A stretch of 64,000 bases of DNA from IMG/VR virus record IMGVR_UViG_3300028042_000001, positions 92,944 to 156,943 of that record; one strand, given 5' to 3'. This document shows positions 1-8,443 of the stretch, piece after piece. How positions within the stretch are numbered: the first letter of the stretch is position 1; every line of letters begins with the position of its first letter. The notes under the pieces are model-generated. The model had not been told where the DNA came from. It saw only the letters and a list, made by a program, of their open reading frames with translations, and searched no databases. The DNA is from a virus (taxonomy: Duplodnaviria > Heunggongvirae > Uroviricota > Caudoviricetes). The translations under genes and the position numbers were made by a program.

Positions 1-33
1 AGAATCTCGGTTCGAGTCCGAGGTTGCCCACAA
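1..33 (+). tRNA. partial tRNA (3' end only, cut by window start)
   Basis: GGTTCGAGTCCGAGG T-arm followed by an acceptor 3' strand ending ..CCCACA; the 5' half lies outside the window. Confidence 0.45.
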
Positions 34-41
34 TTAAATAT

Positions 42-116
42 GCAGGGTGGAAGTAACGGTAACTTCACTTGTCTCATAAGCAAGAATATTGGCAGTTCGA
101 TTCTGCCCCCTGCGCA
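42..116 (+). tRNA. tRNA-Met/Ile2 (anticodon CAT)
   Basis: acceptor GCAGGG/CCCTGC, D-stem GAAG/CTTC, anticodon stem CTTGT/GCAAG with loop CTCATAA, T-arm GGCAGTTCGATTCTGCC. Confidence 0.65.
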
Positions 117-490
117 ATATTTTATAAAAGGAAATTTATTATGGATCTATGGATATGTGTTGTATGATGGGTTGTATTTGTGATATGTATTTTTATACAT
201 GCTTTAATCATGTGTATTATATTTGACAACTATAATATTAGTGATAATTATAGTGGTTGGATTATAGAATTTCCTAATAAATATAAACGGTTTTTTCTAT
301 TTATGATTGGTGGTGTTTTTTGTTGGGTTTATATTGGGGTTGATTATATTAGATATAAAGTTTCATGTAATATTTTTACAATAATATATAAATGGTTTGG
401 TACAAAATAATATATAAGGAGATATATATGTATAGTAACGGAGGAATTGGTTTTTTATAAGTAATTCAACTTAACTTATAGGAGACTAAA

Positions 491-850
491 ATGAGCAGAA
501 CGTACAGAAGAAGAAAGGGTGAAAAGCCTTCGTCTTGGATAACACATGAATATATATGTGTTGATGAATATACACGTAAAGATAAAGTTATTTTAATATC
601 ATGGATACGTGGATTGTGGAAAGATATTCCTAGAACTGGAAATGATTTAAAAAAACATCTTGCTATATATCATGCTGATGGTTATAGTCATATGAATCAT
701 GTTCCTTCTTGGTTTGTGAATCAGTATTTTACACGCAAGGATAGAGCAAAAGAAAGGCAAGAGCTTAAACGAATTATGAAACGTGGTGGTGAATATGATG
801 ATTATTCATTTCGACCATATAGAAGGGGTGCTCTTTGGGAATGGTGGTGA
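491..850 (+). CDS. hypothetical basic protein (119 aa)
   Basis: ORF with upstream GGAG; K/R-rich N-terminus; no recognisable motif. Confidence 0.4.
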   Translation: MSRTYRRRKGEKPSSWITHEYICVDEYTRKDKVILISWIRGLWKDIPRTGNDLKKHLAIYHADGYSHMNHVPSWFVNQYFTRKDRAKERQELKRIMKRGGEYDDYSFRPYRRGALWEWW

Positions 851-1192
851 ATACAAGGGTATTAAATTAAAGGAATAACGTTATGAAGCAGAAAGAGTTT
901 ATTGAATATATGATAAAAGAAGTTGATAAGTTTTCTGGTGAGATGGATGATTATGATGAGATGGACTTTGAAGAATGGTATGATCAATGGGATGCATTTA
1001 TGACCGATTGAATCATAAAGAACGTGTATATTGGGTGCTCCCATTAATCTTGCTATTAGAACGCTGGATATACATATGAATAGGTTGGCTACTCCAAAAA
1101 AAAAGTAGTCGTGAAATAGCATATAATAATACATATATTATATGGAATGATACTAACGTAATGGGTAAGACGGACACATAACCGTCAATAAT

Positions 1193-1266
1193 GGTCTTGT
1201 CATCCAACGGTTCGGATAGTAGGTTTTCAACCTAAAAATCGGAGTTCGATTCTCCGCAAGATCGCA
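1193..1266 (+). tRNA. tRNA-Glu (anticodon TTC)
   Basis: acceptor GGTCTTG/CAAGATC, anticodon loop TTTTCAA, T-arm GGAGTTCGATTCTCC. Confidence 0.65.
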
Positions 1267-1271
1267 TATAT

Positions 1272-1363
1272 TCTCTTGATAGCCTATTTCTGATCAGATG
1301 GGCGAGTAAAGTTCTCATAAAGGGACATTGGGTATTGTAGGTTCGAATCCTACCAAGAGAGCA
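1272..1363 (+). tRNA. atypical long tRNA-like element (92 nt)
   Basis: perfect 7-bp acceptor pairing TCTCTTG/CAAGAGA and canonical T-arm GTAGGTTCGAATCCTAC; the D and anticodon arms cannot be folded canonically. Confidence 0.35.
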
Positions 1364-1368
1364 AAAAT

Positions 1369-1443
1369 GCCTATTAAACATTTATTGGATGATGTCTGCT
1401 CTTGTAAAGCAGGGAAGGGAGATCGTTACTCTCAATAGGCTCA
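1369..1443 (+). tRNA. tRNA-Thr (anticodon TGT)
   Basis: acceptor GCCTATT/AATAGGC; anticodon stem CTGCT/AGCAG with loop CTTGTAA. Confidence 0.6.
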
Positions 1444-1513
1444 AGTACATTACGAACTTCTTGTTTGTATAAATACTATTATAGGTATTTACTTCACAAC
1501 AGGAGATTGGTAA

Positions 1514-2167
1514 ATGAGAAAAGGAATGAGTTGTTCTGAATCTGGTAAATTAGGAGCATTGAAATCAAAGGTCATACAAGAAACAAAGTTACAAGATAGA
1601 AAAGAAAATTATTACATGATACCAAAATTATGTGAGTATTGTGGTAATATAATAAAATATAAGAAAAGACATAATAGGTTCTGTAATAGATCATGTTCAG
1701 CTTCTTTTAATAATAAAGGAGTTAGGAGACATGGAAATTCAGATAATAACAAAAAAGAGAAGGTTTGTTTGTGGTGTGGTGGATCAGATTTCAGTAAAAA
1801 TTCTAAGAAATTTTGCTCTATGGAATGTCATCACAAATATGAATATTATATATTTATTAATAAATGGAAACTTGGTATTGATAATGGCAACAGAAAAAAT
1901 TGCATAGCAAACCAGATAAGAAGGTATTTATTTGATAAGTATAATAATAAATGTTCAAGGTGTGGATGGAAAGAGATAAATCCAATCACAAATAAAGTTC
2001 CTCTCGAAATAGAACATATTGATGGTAATCATAAAAATAATAATGAATATAATCTTGATTTGATATGTCCTAATTGCCATTCTTTAACACCAACATATAA
2101 ATTATTGAATAAAGGTAATGGACGTTATTATCGTAAAAAACGATATAATTCTGGAAAGAGTTATTAA
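1514..2167 (+). CDS. HNH endonuclease, Cys-rich, putative homing endonuclease
   Basis: C-terminal HNH motif EIEHIDGNHKNN..LICPNCH; multiple CxxC pairs; TATAAATA (T4 late-promoter-like) 39 nt upstream. Confidence 0.75.
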   Translation: MRKGMSCSESGKLGALKSKVIQETKLQDRKENYYMIPKLCEYCGNIIKYKKRHNRFCNRSCSASFNNKGVRRHGNSDNNKKEKVCLWCGGSDFSKNSKKFCSMECHHKYEYYIFINKWKLGIDNGNRKNCIANQIRRYLFDKYNNKCSRCGWKEINPITNKVPLEIEHIDGNHKNNNEYNLDLICPNCHSLTPTYKLLNKGNGRYYRKKRYNSGKSY

Positions 2168-2188
2168 ATTAAAACAAAGGAGATATAA

Positions 2189-2842
2189 ATGAAAGAAAAT
2201 TATTGTCATATAGTTGGAATTATTGATTGTTCTGGATCTATGGTTGGATTAGAAAATGATGTAATTGGTGGGTTTAATAAATTTGTTGATGATCAAAGAA
2301 AAGCAAAAGGTACAGCAACTATGTCTTTAATTCAATTTGATGATGGTTATTATTCAGATTTTGAATTTGTTAATATTAATGATGTTCCTGATTTAAATCG
2401 TGATACTTATATTCCTCGTGGTATGACTGCATTGTATGATGCTATTGGAAAAACTATTAATTCTACAGGAGAGGTTCTTAAAAATATGAATGAAAATGAT
2501 CGTCCTGATCGGGTTGTTGTTTTTATTCAAACTGATGGACAAGAAAATAGTTCTTTAGAATATAATGCAAATTCAATAAAGCAAATGATTAACAAACAAG
2601 AAGAAATGTATAATTGGTCTTTTGTTTTTCTTGGCGCTAATATTAATGCAAAAAGTACAGCTAATATTATTGGTATTGATAAAAAAATGTCAATGACTTT
2701 TGCCGCAAATAGTAAAGGAACAACTTCAGCGTTTAATTCTGTATCTGAGAATCTTTCTGCTGTTCGGTGTGGAACTAAATTAAATATGTGTTATGAGAGT
2801 AAAGATTATAGTGCTCAAGCTGATGCAGGTCTTCATATTTAA
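2189..2842 (+). CDS. von Willebrand factor type A (vWA) domain protein
   Basis: N-terminal MIDAS motif IIDCSGSM (DxSxS) and vWA-like length/layout; RBS AAGGAG. Confidence 0.6.
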   Translation: MKENYCHIVGIIDCSGSMVGLENDVIGGFNKFVDDQRKAKGTATMSLIQFDDGYYSDFEFVNINDVPDLNRDTYIPRGMTALYDAIGKTINSTGEVLKNMNENDRPDRVVVFIQTDGQENSSLEYNANSIKQMINKQEEMYNWSFVFLGANINAKSTANIIGIDKKMSMTFAANSKGTTSAFNSVSENLSAVRCGTKLNMCYESKDYSAQADAGLHI

Positions 2843-2927
2843 TATAAAAACCCTTGACATTCATTAAAAATATGATTATAGTATTTTTAATGAATAATGT
2901 ATATTAAATTTTGAGGAGGATTACATC

Positions 2928-3185
2928 ATGAAATACAATCAAATAGTTAATAAAATTCGTAGTGTTGTTTATAGTTGTGAAACTAATGAGCAATTAGATG
3001 TTGCTTGTAAATATTCATTTTTGTTAATTGATAATTATTTCATAATTAACAAAAATGATAATATTGATGAACGATATGATAAAATTTTTTTAAAGAATGA
3101 AATGTATAATTGGCTTAAATTTATTACTGTTAATAATAATAACATTAACAGTAGAATTATTGGTGTATGTGAAAAAGAAATATAA
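2928..3185 (+). CDS. hypothetical protein (85 aa)
   Basis: ORF with GAGGAGG RBS. Confidence 0.4.
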   Translation: MKYNQIVNKIRSVVYSCETNEQLDVACKYSFLLIDNYFIINKNDNIDERYDKIFLKNEMYNWLKFITVNNNNINSRIIGVCEKEI

Positions 3186-3193
3186 AAAAAAAT

Positions 3194-3268
3194 GGGGCAT
3201 TAGCCCACGCTGGTAGAGGCACAAGGTTTAAGCCCTTGATAGGATCGGTTCGACTCCGATATGCCCTA
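3194..3268 (+). tRNA. tRNA with anticodon TAA (Leu by standard code) but short variable arm
   Basis: acceptor GGGGCAT/ATGCCCT, anticodon stem CAAGG/CCTTG, loop TTTAAGC, T-arm ATCGGTTCGACTCCGAT; paralog of the tRNA at 15761. Confidence 0.6.
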
Positions 3269-3636
3269 ATTATATGCTGAAATTCCTTTGAATAGGTATG
3301 GATACATAATGGTTTGATTCCATGATTTCAGCTCCATTTTTTTGGATGTATAAATAATAATATGAAATCGTTTAGAGAGTTAAATAATAATGATGTTTGT
3401 GTAAATTGCAAACATTGGCTGAAATTAATGAAGCAACATTCTCATCGTAATACATGATATTGTAGAAAAATAGGAAACAAACCTTCTTTATTTGATAAAT
3501 GGGATGTTACTGATTTTGATAATACATGTATTGATTATAAAAGAAGGAAAAAAATAAAATGAAATTTTATAAACATAAACAGGAAAAATACAAAGGAATT
3601 TAGACCATACATACAATATCGGTCTATATTCACTAT

Positions 3637-3711
3637 GGATCGGTGGCGCAACTGGATTAGCGCATCAGGTTTTTACCCTGAATGTTGAGAGTTCGAATCT
3701 CTCTCGATCCA
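3637..3711 (+). tRNA. tRNA-Lys (anticodon TTT)
   Basis: acceptor GGATCGG/TCGATCC, anticodon stem CAGG/CCTG with loop TTTTTAC, T-arm GAGAGTTCGAATCTCTC. Confidence 0.75.
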
Positions 3712-3760
3712 CAATAATGAATGTTATGAAAAGCTTTAAAAAATGTAAAAAAATAAAAAT

Positions 3761-3837
3761 GCGGATTGATAAGTTAAGGGTTTTGACAAACAGTTTTCCA
3801 AACTGTAAATATGGAGTTCGACTCTCCCGATCCGCTC
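3761..3837 (+). tRNA. tRNA-Gly (anticodon TCC)
   Basis: acceptor GCGGATT/GATCCGC, anticodon stem ACAGT/ACTGT with loop TTTCCAA, T-arm GGAGTTCGACTCTCC. Confidence 0.7.
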
Positions 3838-4123
3838 AATAATGGAATTTATGAATTGGTTTAAGAGAATATTTCATATACATAAATGGTTTTTATTATC
3901 ATATGAATGGTGATGCTATGCGTATTTGTGTTAAGTGTGAATGTATTCAAATTAAGAATAACAATAAATGGAATAAGAAATGAAAGTATCAAGAAACAAC
4001 AATCATAGAAGTAACTCGTATATTATGGCTATTACGCCTGTATGTGTGTCTGTGCGCTTTTTTGATGCGTATCCTATAGTGAAAACTATGTAGCTCATTT
4101 CCTTTATATTAGGAAAACCTGAA

Positions 4124-4160
4124 GGGGGAAATGAGATTAAATCTTGTTTCCCCCTTTTTT
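4124..4160 (+). terminator. rho-independent terminator
   Basis: GGGGGAAA...TTTCCCCC hairpin followed by TTTTTT. Confidence 0.6.
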
Positions 4161-4261
4161 ATTGATCTTTGAAAATAGAATATTGAAAGTATGGTATATC
4201 CATAACTATCACTATACCAATAAGTATAAATATTAATATACTTATAAAATAGGAGATTGTA

Positions 4262-4867
4262 ATGGATATAACTATAGCTAATGTAAAAAGGTTAATTAAA
4301 GATGGATTTACACAGAAACAAATTGCAGAAGAATTTGATATTAGCCCATCTGGATTAAGATATTGGTTAAAAAAATATAATTTAAAAACTAATTATATGG
4401 TTGATAGAAGAACATGGACTGACGATATGCTTATTGAAGCAGTTTCTAAATCTATTAGTATAGCTGATGTTATACGAAATATTGGTTTATCATTAAGACC
4501 GGGGAATTATCCAACAATTAACAAAGTTATAAAACGCCTTGATCTTGATATATCACATTTTAAAGGAAAATCTCATGGTAATGGTGGTATTGTGTATGAG
4601 TTAGAAGATGTTATGATTAGAAATTCTCCATATTCAAGAACATCTTTAAAGAGGAGGTTGTTAAAATGTAATATGATAGAGAATATATGTGATATATGTG
4701 GTATTGGTGAATGGAATAATAAACCAATTGTGATGGTACTCGATCATATAAATGGAATTAATAATGATCATCGTAGAGAAAATTTGCGAATGATATGTCC
4801 TAATTGTAACAGCCAACAAAATACCTTTTGTCGTAGAAATAAAAATGGGGGTATAGCTCAGAGGTAG
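4262..4867 (+). CDS. HNH endonuclease with N-terminal HTH, putative homing endonuclease
   Basis: HTH-like FTQKQIAEEFDISPSGLRYWLKKY; HNH motif LDHINGINNDHRRENL..CPNCN; TATAAATA at 4225-4232 upstream; 3' end overlaps the next tRNA. Confidence 0.75.
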   Translation: MDITIANVKRLIKDGFTQKQIAEEFDISPSGLRYWLKKYNLKTNYMVDRRTWTDDMLIEAVSKSISIADVIRNIGLSLRPGNYPTINKVIKRLDLDISHFKGKSHGNGGIVYELEDVMIRNSPYSRTSLKRRLLKCNMIENICDICGIGEWNNKPIVMVLDHINGINNDHRRENLRMICPNCNSQQNTFCRRNKNGGIAQR

Positions 4868-4919
4868 AGCATTACCGTGAAATGGTATGTGTCGAAAGCT
4901 CGAAACTTTCTATCCCCAC
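4847..4919 (+). tRNA. tRNA-like (anticodon GAA, Phe?) with imperfect acceptor stem
   Basis: D-arm TAGCTCAGAGGTAGAGC, anticodon loop GTGAAAT, T-stem GAAAG/CTTTC; two mismatches at the base of the acceptor stem. Confidence 0.45.
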
Positions 4920-4927
4920 AAACATAT

Positions 4928-5011
4928 GGAGAGTTGGCAGAATGGCTATTGCACCCGGCTGTAACCCGGCAGTACCTTTTTAGGTTCTTGGTTCGAGTCC
5001 AAGGCTCTCCA
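4928..5011 (+). tRNA. tRNA-Tyr (anticodon GTA), long variable arm
   Basis: acceptor GGAGAGT/GCTCTCC, anticodon stem CCGG/CCGG with loop CTGTAAC, long variable arm, T-arm TTGGTTCGAGTCCAA. Confidence 0.65.
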
Positions 5012-5040
5012 CAATTTATAATATATATATAACAAAAGAC

Positions 5041-5068
5041 TTGACTTTAAATTTATATAGTGTATAGT
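5041..5068 (+). promoter_or_regulatory. sigma70-like promoter (TTGACT-16-TATAGT) with conserved leader, copy 1 of 3
   Basis: consensus-like -35/-10; followed by leader CATACTTGAGACAAACATTAATTATGGAGAACATAATG, which recurs at 53702 and 51799. Confidence 0.5.
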
Positions 5069-5108
5069 GTATTCATACTTGAGACAAACATTAATTATGG
5101 AGAACATA

Positions 5109-5471
5109 ATGACAATTGACGTAGAAAAATTTCTCAAAGAATATATGAATGAAATGGAAATTAGACTTAATCGATTAGAAAACAGCATTAAACCACGAGG
5201 AATTATATGTGGTCAGAATTGGATTGTTAGAGTTAAAGGTATTTGTGTTACTCCTGAATTTGATAAAGATGGTCAAACAACAGGTGTAGTTAAAAATAAT
5301 GATCCTGATCTTGTTATGAGATTTGTTCAAGAAGATGCTGAAATGCTTGCTTCTACAACAACTAACGGTGCTGGTGATAAAGGTGAATCTGTTATATGGG
5401 CAGATGCAGTAAGGGATTTAATTGAAGAACTTAAACCTCAACTTGAAATATTGAAGAATCGTAAAAAATAA
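5109..5471 (+). CDS. hypothetical protein (start chosen at second ATG, after GGAGA)
   Basis: ORF; RBS GGAGA lies 7 nt upstream of ATG 5109; the track start at 5067 is inside the conserved leader. Confidence 0.45.
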   Translation: MTIDVEKFLKEYMNEMEIRLNRLENSIKPRGIICGQNWIVRVKGICVTPEFDKDGQTTGVVKNNDPDLVMRFVQEDAEMLASTTTNGAGDKGESVIWADAVRDLIEELKPQLEILKNRKK

Positions 5472-5477
5472 ATAAAT

Positions 5478-5563
5478 GGATGCTGTCAGTAAGGTTAGAT
5501 GGTCTAACGGTTGGTTGTAACCCAACTCCCAAAGGGCATGAGGTTCGATTCCTCCGGTATCCA
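5478..5563 (+). tRNA. type II tRNA (apparent anticodon GTA; long variable arm)
   Basis: acceptor GGATGCT/GGTATCC (with G-U pairs), anticodon stem GTTGG/CCAAC with loop TTGTAAC, variable stem CCC/GGG, T-arm GAGGTTCGATTCCTC. Confidence 0.5.
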
Positions 5564-5918
5564 CAAAAATTGAGGTAGTATTATTATTATGTTTATACCA
5601 GATTGTATTATATATTCAGAAGTAAGACCGTCACCAATTATCACATATTATATCGTTGCTATGTTTGATCATAGTGGTGATTGTGATAAATGGCATTATA
5701 CTAATCCTGAAGTATGGGTATAAATTTAAAGAAGTAACGGATATATTATGAAATTAAAAAGATCAAAGATTAAAAAATTTCATGAAGGTGATGTGTATAA
5801 TTTCGTGAATGGTGTTGCAAAAGTTCCTAATATGTTTTTTGGTAGAGGTATAACAAGAGAACAAGCAACAGTATCATTAAAAGATTTTAATATTTTTATT
5901 AAAAAATAGATTATTTAT

Positions 5919-6095
5919 GCCACATTAGCTCAGTGGGTAGAGCGGTTGGAAAAGCGTCATAATTGATTTTTGTATTTAATATTGTATAATAGACTTAATT
6001 AATCCATTATACAATATGATTATAAGAATGATTGTACATAATTTCTTATAATGTTATTTAAATTAATTGCACAGGTTCGAATCCTGTATGTGGCT
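5919..6095 (+). tRNA. tRNA gene interrupted by ~110-nt AT-rich intervening sequence (possible intron)
   Basis: 5' part GCCACAT TA GCTCAGTGGGTAGAGC (acceptor plus D-arm); 3' part ACAGGTTCGAATCCTGT ATGTGGC, T-arm plus a perfectly complementary acceptor strand, about 130 nt downstream. Confidence 0.5.
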
Positions 6096-6216
6096 CATAG
6101 TATAAGTTGTCAAGTAGCTCTTGACTGATGTGGGAGTTTTTCAGTTCCTTCCTACAAAGAATATATAAGCGCTGATAATATTGCAATAATCGGTAATAAC
6201 TGACCAAATTTGTACA

Positions 6217-6292
6217 TCAGAATGTAGGCTAATGGTAAGCCCTTCCTCTTGGACAGGAAAAATTAGAGGTTCGAGTCCTCTCATTCTGACCA
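6217..6292 (+). tRNA. tRNA-Pro (anticodon TGG)
   Basis: acceptor TCAGAATG/CATTCTGA, anticodon stem TTCCT/AGGAA with loop CTTGGAC, T-arm AGAGGTTCGAGTCCTCT, CCA encoded. Confidence 0.75.
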
Positions 6293-6680
6293 TTTTTATT
6301 ATATTAAATAGATGATATCACAGTTGAGGGATATGAGAGTAGGATTTAATTCACAATCTCATTGAAATTACCTATGTATTACGAGGGTTGATCTCCTTAA
6401 TCTATTTGTTTTAGACCAATAATACTGATACGCAAGCGGTCTATTTAGTATAATATTTTTACTTGAATTAAAAATTAAAAAAAAAAGAGGATATTATGAA
6501 AATTTTTTGGAAAGTTGATGACGGATATGTTAATAATGTAGAGCATATGACTGAAATTCCTGATGAAGATTTGGAAGGAATGTCACCAGATGTTAGAAAA
6601 ATGGAAATTGATGAATGGGTTTCTGACGATTTCTCTCAAAATATTTCTTTTGAGATTATCAGAGAAGAATCATAATTAAT

Positions 6681-6856
6681 GTCCTTCGTTGGCTGTCGTA
6701 TGTGAATTTCCTTACAAGGAGCGCATATTAACCATGAATCGGATATGCGAAATTGTAAATACGGATCATGAACTGGTATTAACTTGATACCTGAAGATGG
6801 AACCCTGAAGCTACTGTAAGGGTAGATAAGGCAAGGTTCGATTCCTTGGAAGGGCA
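6681..6856 (+). other. tRNA-like element: T-arm plus acceptor 3' end, with complementary acceptor 5' strand 170 nt upstream (insertion or fragment)
   Basis: CAAGGTTCGATTCCTTG GAAGGGC A at 6832-6856 pairs with GTCCTTC at 6681-6687; intervening sequence has no canonical D/anticodon arms. Confidence 0.3.
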
Positions 6857-6880
6857 CATTTTAATTGACATTGCATGGGT

Positions 6881-6943
6881 ACAGGTGTACAATGAAAGCT
6901 CATATCTTTCATGTAGTGGGTTCGATACCCATACATGCAACCA
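6881..6943 (+). tRNA. tRNA-Met (anticodon CAT), compact D-arm
   Basis: acceptor TTGCATG/CATGCAA plus CCA; anticodon stem TGAAAG/CTTTCA with loop CTCATAT; T-arm GTGGGTTCGATACCCAT. Confidence 0.6.
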
Positions 6944-7026
6944 AAAATAATAATGATAATGTGAAAAAAAAAATGAATATATAATATTAGAAATGTTTAT
7001 AGTTGAAAAACCTGATCAGGAAATAT

Positions 7027-7100
7027 GGTCTTGTGGCTCATTGGTAGAGCGGTACGTTGTCAGCGTATTTTAAGAGGGTTCGATTCCCTTCAAGATCGCA
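7027..7100 (+). tRNA. tRNA-Asp (anticodon GTC)
   Basis: acceptor GGTCTTG/CAAGATC, D-arm GGCTCATTGGTAGAGC, anticodon loop TTGTCAG, T-arm GAGGGTTCGATTCCCTT. Confidence 0.75.
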
Positions 7101-7350
7101 TGAGGATTATTATTTAATTCTCTTTGATAGTAGGTACATACTGTTATTAATTTAACACCATGAACCGTGGGATGAAAAATATTCCCAAAAGTTTAGGGTA
7201 GAGAATGATCTTATTAACCATTTGATTATATCTATCCTTGGTGAAGATGCGAGAGTAGTAAGGTAGCTGTGGTGGTATATCTGAAATCAACCATTAGTAG
7301 CCTAAAAAATTATTGTTAGATTAATAACTATTCGATGAGTAGTTATTGAT

Positions 7351-7424
7351 GTGACAGTAGCTCAAAGGTTAGATCATGTGGCTGTGACCCACAAGATGAG
7401 GGTTCGATTCCCTCCTGTCACCCA
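7351..7424 (+). tRNA. tRNA-His (anticodon GTG)
   Basis: acceptor GTGACAG/CTGTCAC, D-arm TAGCTCAAAGGTTAGA, anticodon stem TGTGG/CCACA with loop CTGTGAC, T-arm GAGGGTTCGATTCCCTC, CCA. Confidence 0.75.
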
Positions 7425-7450
7425 TTTAAATTAAAAAGGATATATATTAT

Positions 7451-7771
7451 ATGAAAGTGATTGATGCAGGACATACATATTTACTTGATGATAACAAATC
7501 ACCAACAAATACTACAACATTAACATTTATGAAGGATGCTAAAATAAATGGAGATGGTTATGAAGGAACAACTAATCAGGAAGTTTTACGAGCATTAATA
7601 GATCGTATTAAATTTCTAGAAGGGCAAGTTCATCATAGATTTAATGATGATATTATTGGTCATCTTAGGATGGCATTGGTTCTTCATGAAGAACGACATT
7701 TAGAACGATTAGTAGAACGAGGAGAATCTATAGAAAATATTAAACCTAAAATTACTGGACATTTTGTATGA
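7451..7771 (+). CDS. hypothetical protein (106 aa)
   Basis: ORF with AAGGA RBS; ATGA overlap with the next gene. Confidence 0.45.
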   Translation: MKVIDAGHTYLLDDNKSPTNTTTLTFMKDAKINGDGYEGTTNQEVLRALIDRIKFLEGQVHHRFNDDIIGHLRMALVLHEERHLERLVERGESIENIKPKITGHFV

Positions 7772-8130
7772 ATAATAAGGAATTGTTATTTTCTATAACA
7801 AAGAAAGATTTTGATTTGTATTGGTTTTCTGGAACTGGTGCTGGTGGTCAAGGACGTAATAAGCTTCAGAACAGCCTTAGATTGTCTCATAGACCATCAG
7901 GAGCATCATCAACAGGGCAAAGTAGTAAAAGTAGAGTTGCTAATCAGAAAGAGGCATTTAAAGGTATTATGGAACATCCTAAGTTTAAGATGTGGTATAA
8001 TAAAAAAATTATGGAGTGCTTATATGAAGAAACAACTGAAGAAAAAATTAAAAAACAAATGATTCCTGATAATCTACGAATAGAAGGTAAAGATGATAAA
8101 GGTAGATGGAATAAAATTATAGAAGATTAG
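7768..8130 (+). CDS. ArfB/RF-1-domain-like GGQ-motif protein (putative peptidyl-tRNA hydrolase / ribosome rescue factor)
   Basis: FSGTGAGGQGRNKLQNSLRLSHRPSGASSTGQSSKSRVANQKEAF parallels the ArfB GGQ domain pattern (..GAGGQHVNKT.TAI.L.....Q.R....N), followed by a basic tail. Confidence 0.6.
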   Translation: MNNKELLFSITKKDFDLYWFSGTGAGGQGRNKLQNSLRLSHRPSGASSTGQSSKSRVANQKEAFKGIMEHPKFKMWYNKKIMECLYEETTEEKIKKQMIPDNLRIEGKDDKGRWNKIIED

Positions 8131-8193
8131 TCTAGGGGTTAAGGCATCTCGCTTACATCGAGAATAACACTGGTTCGAATCCAGTATCTTCTA
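8121..8193 (+). tRNA. tRNA-Val (anticodon TAC)
   Basis: acceptor AGAAGAT/ATCTTCT, anticodon stem TCTCG/CGAGA with loop CTTACAT, T-arm CTGGTTCGAATCCAG; 5' end overlaps the stop of the upstream CDS. Confidence 0.7.
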
Positions 8194-8201
8194 AATTATA
8201 T

Positions 8202-8423
8202 ATGGTGAATATTATGGCATTAGTTAATGGAAAGATTTTAAAAGGTGATGATTGTCCTTATAAGAATATTTGTGATTTTATGATAACTGCCTGTAATGGC
8301 GAAGGATGTCCATTTTTGTTTAAAGATAATCATTTTTGTGAGTTTTCTTGTGGTGCCTCTAGATTTTATGCTCTTATGGAAAAATCAGAAAAATCAGAAA
8401 AAAATAAATATAAGAGTAAATAA
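8202..8423 (+). CDS. hypothetical Cys-rich small protein
   Basis: ORF; several Cys residues, no recognisable motif; GAAAAATCA x2 repeat at 3' end. Confidence 0.4.
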   Translation: MVNIMALVNGKILKGDDCPYKNICDFMITACNGEGCPFLFKDNHFCEFSCGASRFYALMEKSEKSEKNKYKSK

Positions 8424-8443
8424 ATTAAAAGAGAGAATTTATT

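Noticed and set aside
180-410. Track ORF of 76 aa at the window start
   Set aside because: G/T-rich low-complexity DNA with no RBS and an implausible Cys/Ile-rich translation. It lies in an intergenic stretch beside the tRNAs and is more likely non-coding.
862-1207. Two overlapping minus-strand ORFs (862-1134, 1013-1207)
   Set aside because: Highly AT-rich, mutually overlapping, no RBS. Every other gene in this region is on the + strand. A short + strand ORF (883-1011, 42 aa, good RBS) is a better candidate for this space.
4946-5188. Minus-strand ORF overlapping tRNA-Tyr and the promoter/leader cassette
   Set aside because: Translation of the antisense of a tRNA gene and a promoter; no coding signal.
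6681-6856. tmRNA
   Set aside because: Only about 175 nt, with no tag-peptide reading frame ending in a resume/stop context and no pseudoknot-rich core.
6636-6857. Minus-strand ORF across the tRNA-like locus
   Set aside because: Antisense to a T-arm/acceptor sequence; ORF-finder artefact in a structured RNA region.
7811-8062. Alternative-frame ORF inside the ArfB-like gene
   Set aside because: Overlaps the GGQ-domain ORF in another frame, has a low-complexity K-rich translation and no RBS.
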